A stretch of DNA of 7,096 bases, from positions 1 through 7,096 of the forward strand of contig WBXG01000073.1 of NCBI GenBank assembly GCA_008932965.1, written 5' to 3'. Under the pieces are notes generated by a model. The model was not told the DNA's origin. It searched no databases and was given only the letters and a program-made list of their open reading frames with translations. The stretch comes from Verrucomicrobiota bacterium (GTDB taxonomy: Bacteria > Verrucomicrobiota > Verrucomicrobiia > Chthoniobacterales > UBA6821). The translations under genes and the position numbers were made by a program. Positions 5,123 through 7,096 of this stretch are shown here, one piece after another. Each line of letters begins with the position of its first letter. The stretch's first letter is position 1.

Positions 5123-6145
5123 GTGAATTTTTATCGACCCATTCTTGCCATTGAATCCTCTTGTGATGAAACGGCTATTGCCATCATACGCCCTCCCTTC
5201 GAGTTGTTAGTAAATCTCGTTGCATCGCAAAGTCAGGTGCATGCTTGTTTTGGGGGTGTTGTTCCTGAAGTGGCCTCACGCAATCACCTTTTAGTAATCG
5301 ATCCCCTTTTTCATCGTGCGTTGGCAGAGGCCAAACTACGACCCTCTGATTTAGGAGCGGTTGTTGCCACTGCAGGTCCTGGCTTGGCTCCTGCACTGTT
5401 AGTTGGAGCCTCTTATGCAAAGGGAATAGCTTTAGGTCTAGGTATTCCCTATCTGGCGGTCAATCATCTTGAAGGACATCTTTTATCTCCCTTTTTTTTA
5501 AAAAAAGAAATCCCCAAACATCTCTCCCTCTTAGTCAGCGGTGGTCATACTCAGCTCACCAAGGTCAACAAAGCAGGATCTTATTATCTTCTGAGTCGTA
5601 CTCATGATGATGCTGCTGGAGAGGCTTTTGATAAGGTTGCTAAGCTTTTAGGATTGCCTTATCCAGGAGGGGTGGAAATTGATCGTCTTGCACAATCTGG
5701 TAATCCCAAGCGATATTCTTTTCCAAGAGCTCTCATGGAAAAGGGAAATCTCAATTTTAGTTTTAGTGGATTAAAAACCTCAGTCCGCTATTTTTTGGAA
5801 CAAAGGGAGATGCTTCCTGATTCTTCCGAACTTGCAGACCTCGCTGCATCCTTTCAGCAGGCGATTGTAGAGGTTCTTGTTGAAAAGACGCGCCGTGCCG
5901 CTCAAATAGAAGGTCTCTCGTGTGTTGGTGTTAGTGGCGGAGTAGCTGCCAATAGTGCTTTGAGAAATAGTCTGATTGCCCTATGCAGAGAATGTCAGTG
6001 GGAAATTCATTTTCCGCAACCTGAGCTTATCGGTGATAATGCAGCTATGATTGCCTATGCAGGAATGCATCGTCTTATTGCAGGGGAACAAAGCTCCGTT
6101 ACTTCTGAGATAGTTCCTCAGTGGCAGATCCATTCCCATTGTTAG
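5123..6145 (+). CDS. tsaD: tRNA N6-adenosine threonylcarbamoyltransferase
   Basis: 340 aa. ILAIESSCDETA, VASRNH, GPGLAPALLVG, NHLEGHL, SGGHTQL, DDAAGEAFDKVAKLLGLPYPGG, GVSGGVAANSALR and GDNAAMIA match Kae1/TsaD. The start is GTG at 5123, with an in-frame TGA at 5114-5116 just upstream. Confidence 0.95.
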   Translation: MNFYRPILAIESSCDETAIAIIRPPFELLVNLVASQSQVHACFGGVVPEVASRNHLLVIDPLFHRALAEAKLRPSDLGAVVATAGPGLAPALLVGASYAKGIALGLGIPYLAVNHLEGHLLSPFFLKKEIPKHLSLLVSGGHTQLTKVNKAGSYYLLSRTHDDAAGEAFDKVAKLLGLPYPGGVEIDRLAQSGNPKRYSFPRALMEKGNLNFSFSGLKTSVRYFLEQREMLPDSSELADLAASFQQAIVEVLVEKTRRAAQIEGLSCVGVSGGVAANSALRNSLIALCRECQWEIHFPQPELIGDNAAMIAYAGMHRLIAGEQSSVTSEIVPQWQIHSHC

Positions 6146-6641
6146 AAAACTCTTCCTCTTCTACGGGTCTGAAAAAATCAAATAAGAGAATGACACGTAT
6201 TGAATCCCCTCGATTCCAGGCTGAGTGCAACGTGGTATCATCAAAGACAAAAATCTTTCCAGGAGTCCAAGTGCACACCTCCTCTCCCACTTGAAGTGCA
6301 GCATGGGGATTCGAATACAACCCAAGATGAGCTCTTAACACTGCATCGGTATAACCAACGTGGGGCTTAATTTCACACCCTGGTTTCATAATAGAAAAAC
6401 CATAACTAAAAATTCCAGGTATTTGATCGCAAATCGATGTGGTGATTGGTGCATGACGTTGATTCTCTAAAATATCGTGACCTTGAAAACGGAACCCAAT
6501 GACATCCCACTTTCCATTGTGAATGGCTTCGTGCCACGGAATCGACTGAGCAGCCATAGCATCGTACTCTGAACGGATTTCTTTCCAATGATCCTCTAGT
6601 GTTGAGAGAAAAGGAAAATGAGAGGTATTTAGGAAACTCAT
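6099..6641 (-). CDS. Aspartyl/asparaginyl beta-hydroxylase family protein (2OG/Fe(II) oxygenase fold)
   Basis: FPFLSTLEDHWKEIRSEY, WDVIGF, FSIMKPGCEIKPHVGYT, LRAHLGL, WTPGKIFVFDDTTLHSAWN and RVILLFDF fit the Asp_Arg_Hydrox family pattern. The ORF is open to a GTG at 6671. I prefer the ATG at 6641 (MSFLNTSHFPFL) from the typical family N-terminus. Substrate is unknown. Confidence 0.78.
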   Translation of the reverse strand: MSFLNTSHFPFLSTLEDHWKEIRSEYDAMAAQSIPWHEAIHNGKWDVIGFRFQGHDILENQRHAPITTSICDQIPGIFSYGFSIMKPGCEIKPHVGYTDAVLRAHLGLYSNPHAALQVGEEVCTWTPGKIFVFDDTTLHSAWNRGDSIRVILLFDFFRPVEEEEFSNNGNGSATEELSQK

Positions 6642-6737
6642 AATGGATTCTTTTTTAAATGATGAAGGCACCCAGTGCTACTTCAAAAATCTCATTTTAA
6701 GATTTATTAAAAGGTTCTTATCAGCTAAAGGGAGGAG

Positions 6738-7096
6738 ATGACAGAAACAGAAGCCTGTATTGTGCTCAATATGATTGCTCATGTAGGGCCATTTCGATTT
6801 AGAAAATTATATCACCATTTTGGTTCTGCTGTGGCTGTTCTACAAGCGACTGGAGAGTTGTTGCGCCACGTTGAGGGGATTGGTCGTGAAGTTGCTGAAT
6901 CGATTAGAACATGGGAAAAGCAAGTCCATCTGGATGCTGAGGTAGCCCGTATTGAGGCTTTTGGAGCAACGGTTCTTATTGCTTCTGATAAAACCTACCC
7001 CTCCTTGCTTCGGGATATTGAAGATCCTCCTATCGTGCTTTATTGCTGGGGAAATCTTGAAGAACGTGATTTACAACATGGTGTCGGCATTGTGGG
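6738..7096 (+). CDS. dprA: DNA-processing protein DprA/Smf, 5' partial that continues past the window end
   Basis: The ATG at 6738 is preceded by GGGAGGAG. The translation is MTETEACIVLNMIAHVGPFRFRKLYHHFGSAVAVLQATGELLRHVEGIGREVAESI...FGATVLIASDKTYPSLLRDIEDPPIVLYCWGNL...GIVG. It follows the DprA N-terminal pattern (YP..L..I.DPP..LY..G, then aIVG). It is missing from the ORF track because no stop lies in the window. Confidence 0.85.
   Translation, partial: MTETEACIVLNMIAHVGPFRFRKLYHHFGSAVAVLQATGELLRHVEGIGREVAESIRTWEKQVHLDAEVARIEAFGATVLIASDKTYPSLLRDIEDPPIVLYCWGNLEERDLQHGVGIV

Noticed and set aside
570-6588. Remaining track ORFs: 570-914, 928-1233, 2155-2379, 2524-3153, 4499-4681, 4525-4770, 5184-5420, 6406-6588
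   Set aside because: Each lies inside or antisense to a CDS with strong family motifs (rnd, nuoC, nuoB, birA, tsaD, hydroxylase). Their translations have no recognisable motifs, so I treat them as shadow ORFs.
1-7096. CRISPR arrays, integron attC sites, tRNA, tmRNA, RNase P, SRP RNA, and defence or toxin genes
   Set aside because: There are no regularly spaced direct repeats. The element termini do not fit the attC RYYYAAC/GTTRRRY cores. No T-loop/acceptor architecture or conserved RNase P, SRP or tmRNA strings were found. Every long ORF has a housekeeping assignment.

Overview
This 7.1-kb window is bacterial chromosome of about 40-45% GC, judged by eye and two hand counts. It is densely packed with housekeeping genes. 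The plus strand carries a DUF1844 protein gene, nadC, birA, tsaD and the 5' part of dprA. The minus strand carries nuoB-nuoC-rnd as an apparent operon and a small Asp/Asn beta-hydroxylase-family gene. Gene content hints at a PVC/Verrucomicrobia-like or similar lineage, but this is inference only. I see no defence system, toxin-antitoxin pair, CRISPR array, transposase, integrase, tRNA or rRNA. All other listed ORFs are shadow frames of well-supported genes. The one structure the genes do not explain is a repeat family I cannot name. Three co-oriented copies of about 190-275 nt (63-265, 3089-3276, 4204-4478) each sit directly 5' of a plus-strand gene. Two copies keep a near-perfect 20-22 bp long-range inverted repeat (TTAACCCG..TATTTCATAC / GTATGAAATATGCGGGYTAA) closing a GC-rich core of variable length. 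The third copy is decayed. The right arm of the third-listed copy contains the birA start codon. The few substitutions between copies are almost all silent in one reading frame. Secondary oddities are a BirA lacking the C-terminal domain with a non-canonical GRGRxGRxW loop, a nuoBC pair detached from nuoA and nuoD, and a 47-nt convergent overlap of two genes. All calls rest on reading the sequence and recalling family motifs; no database search was run.
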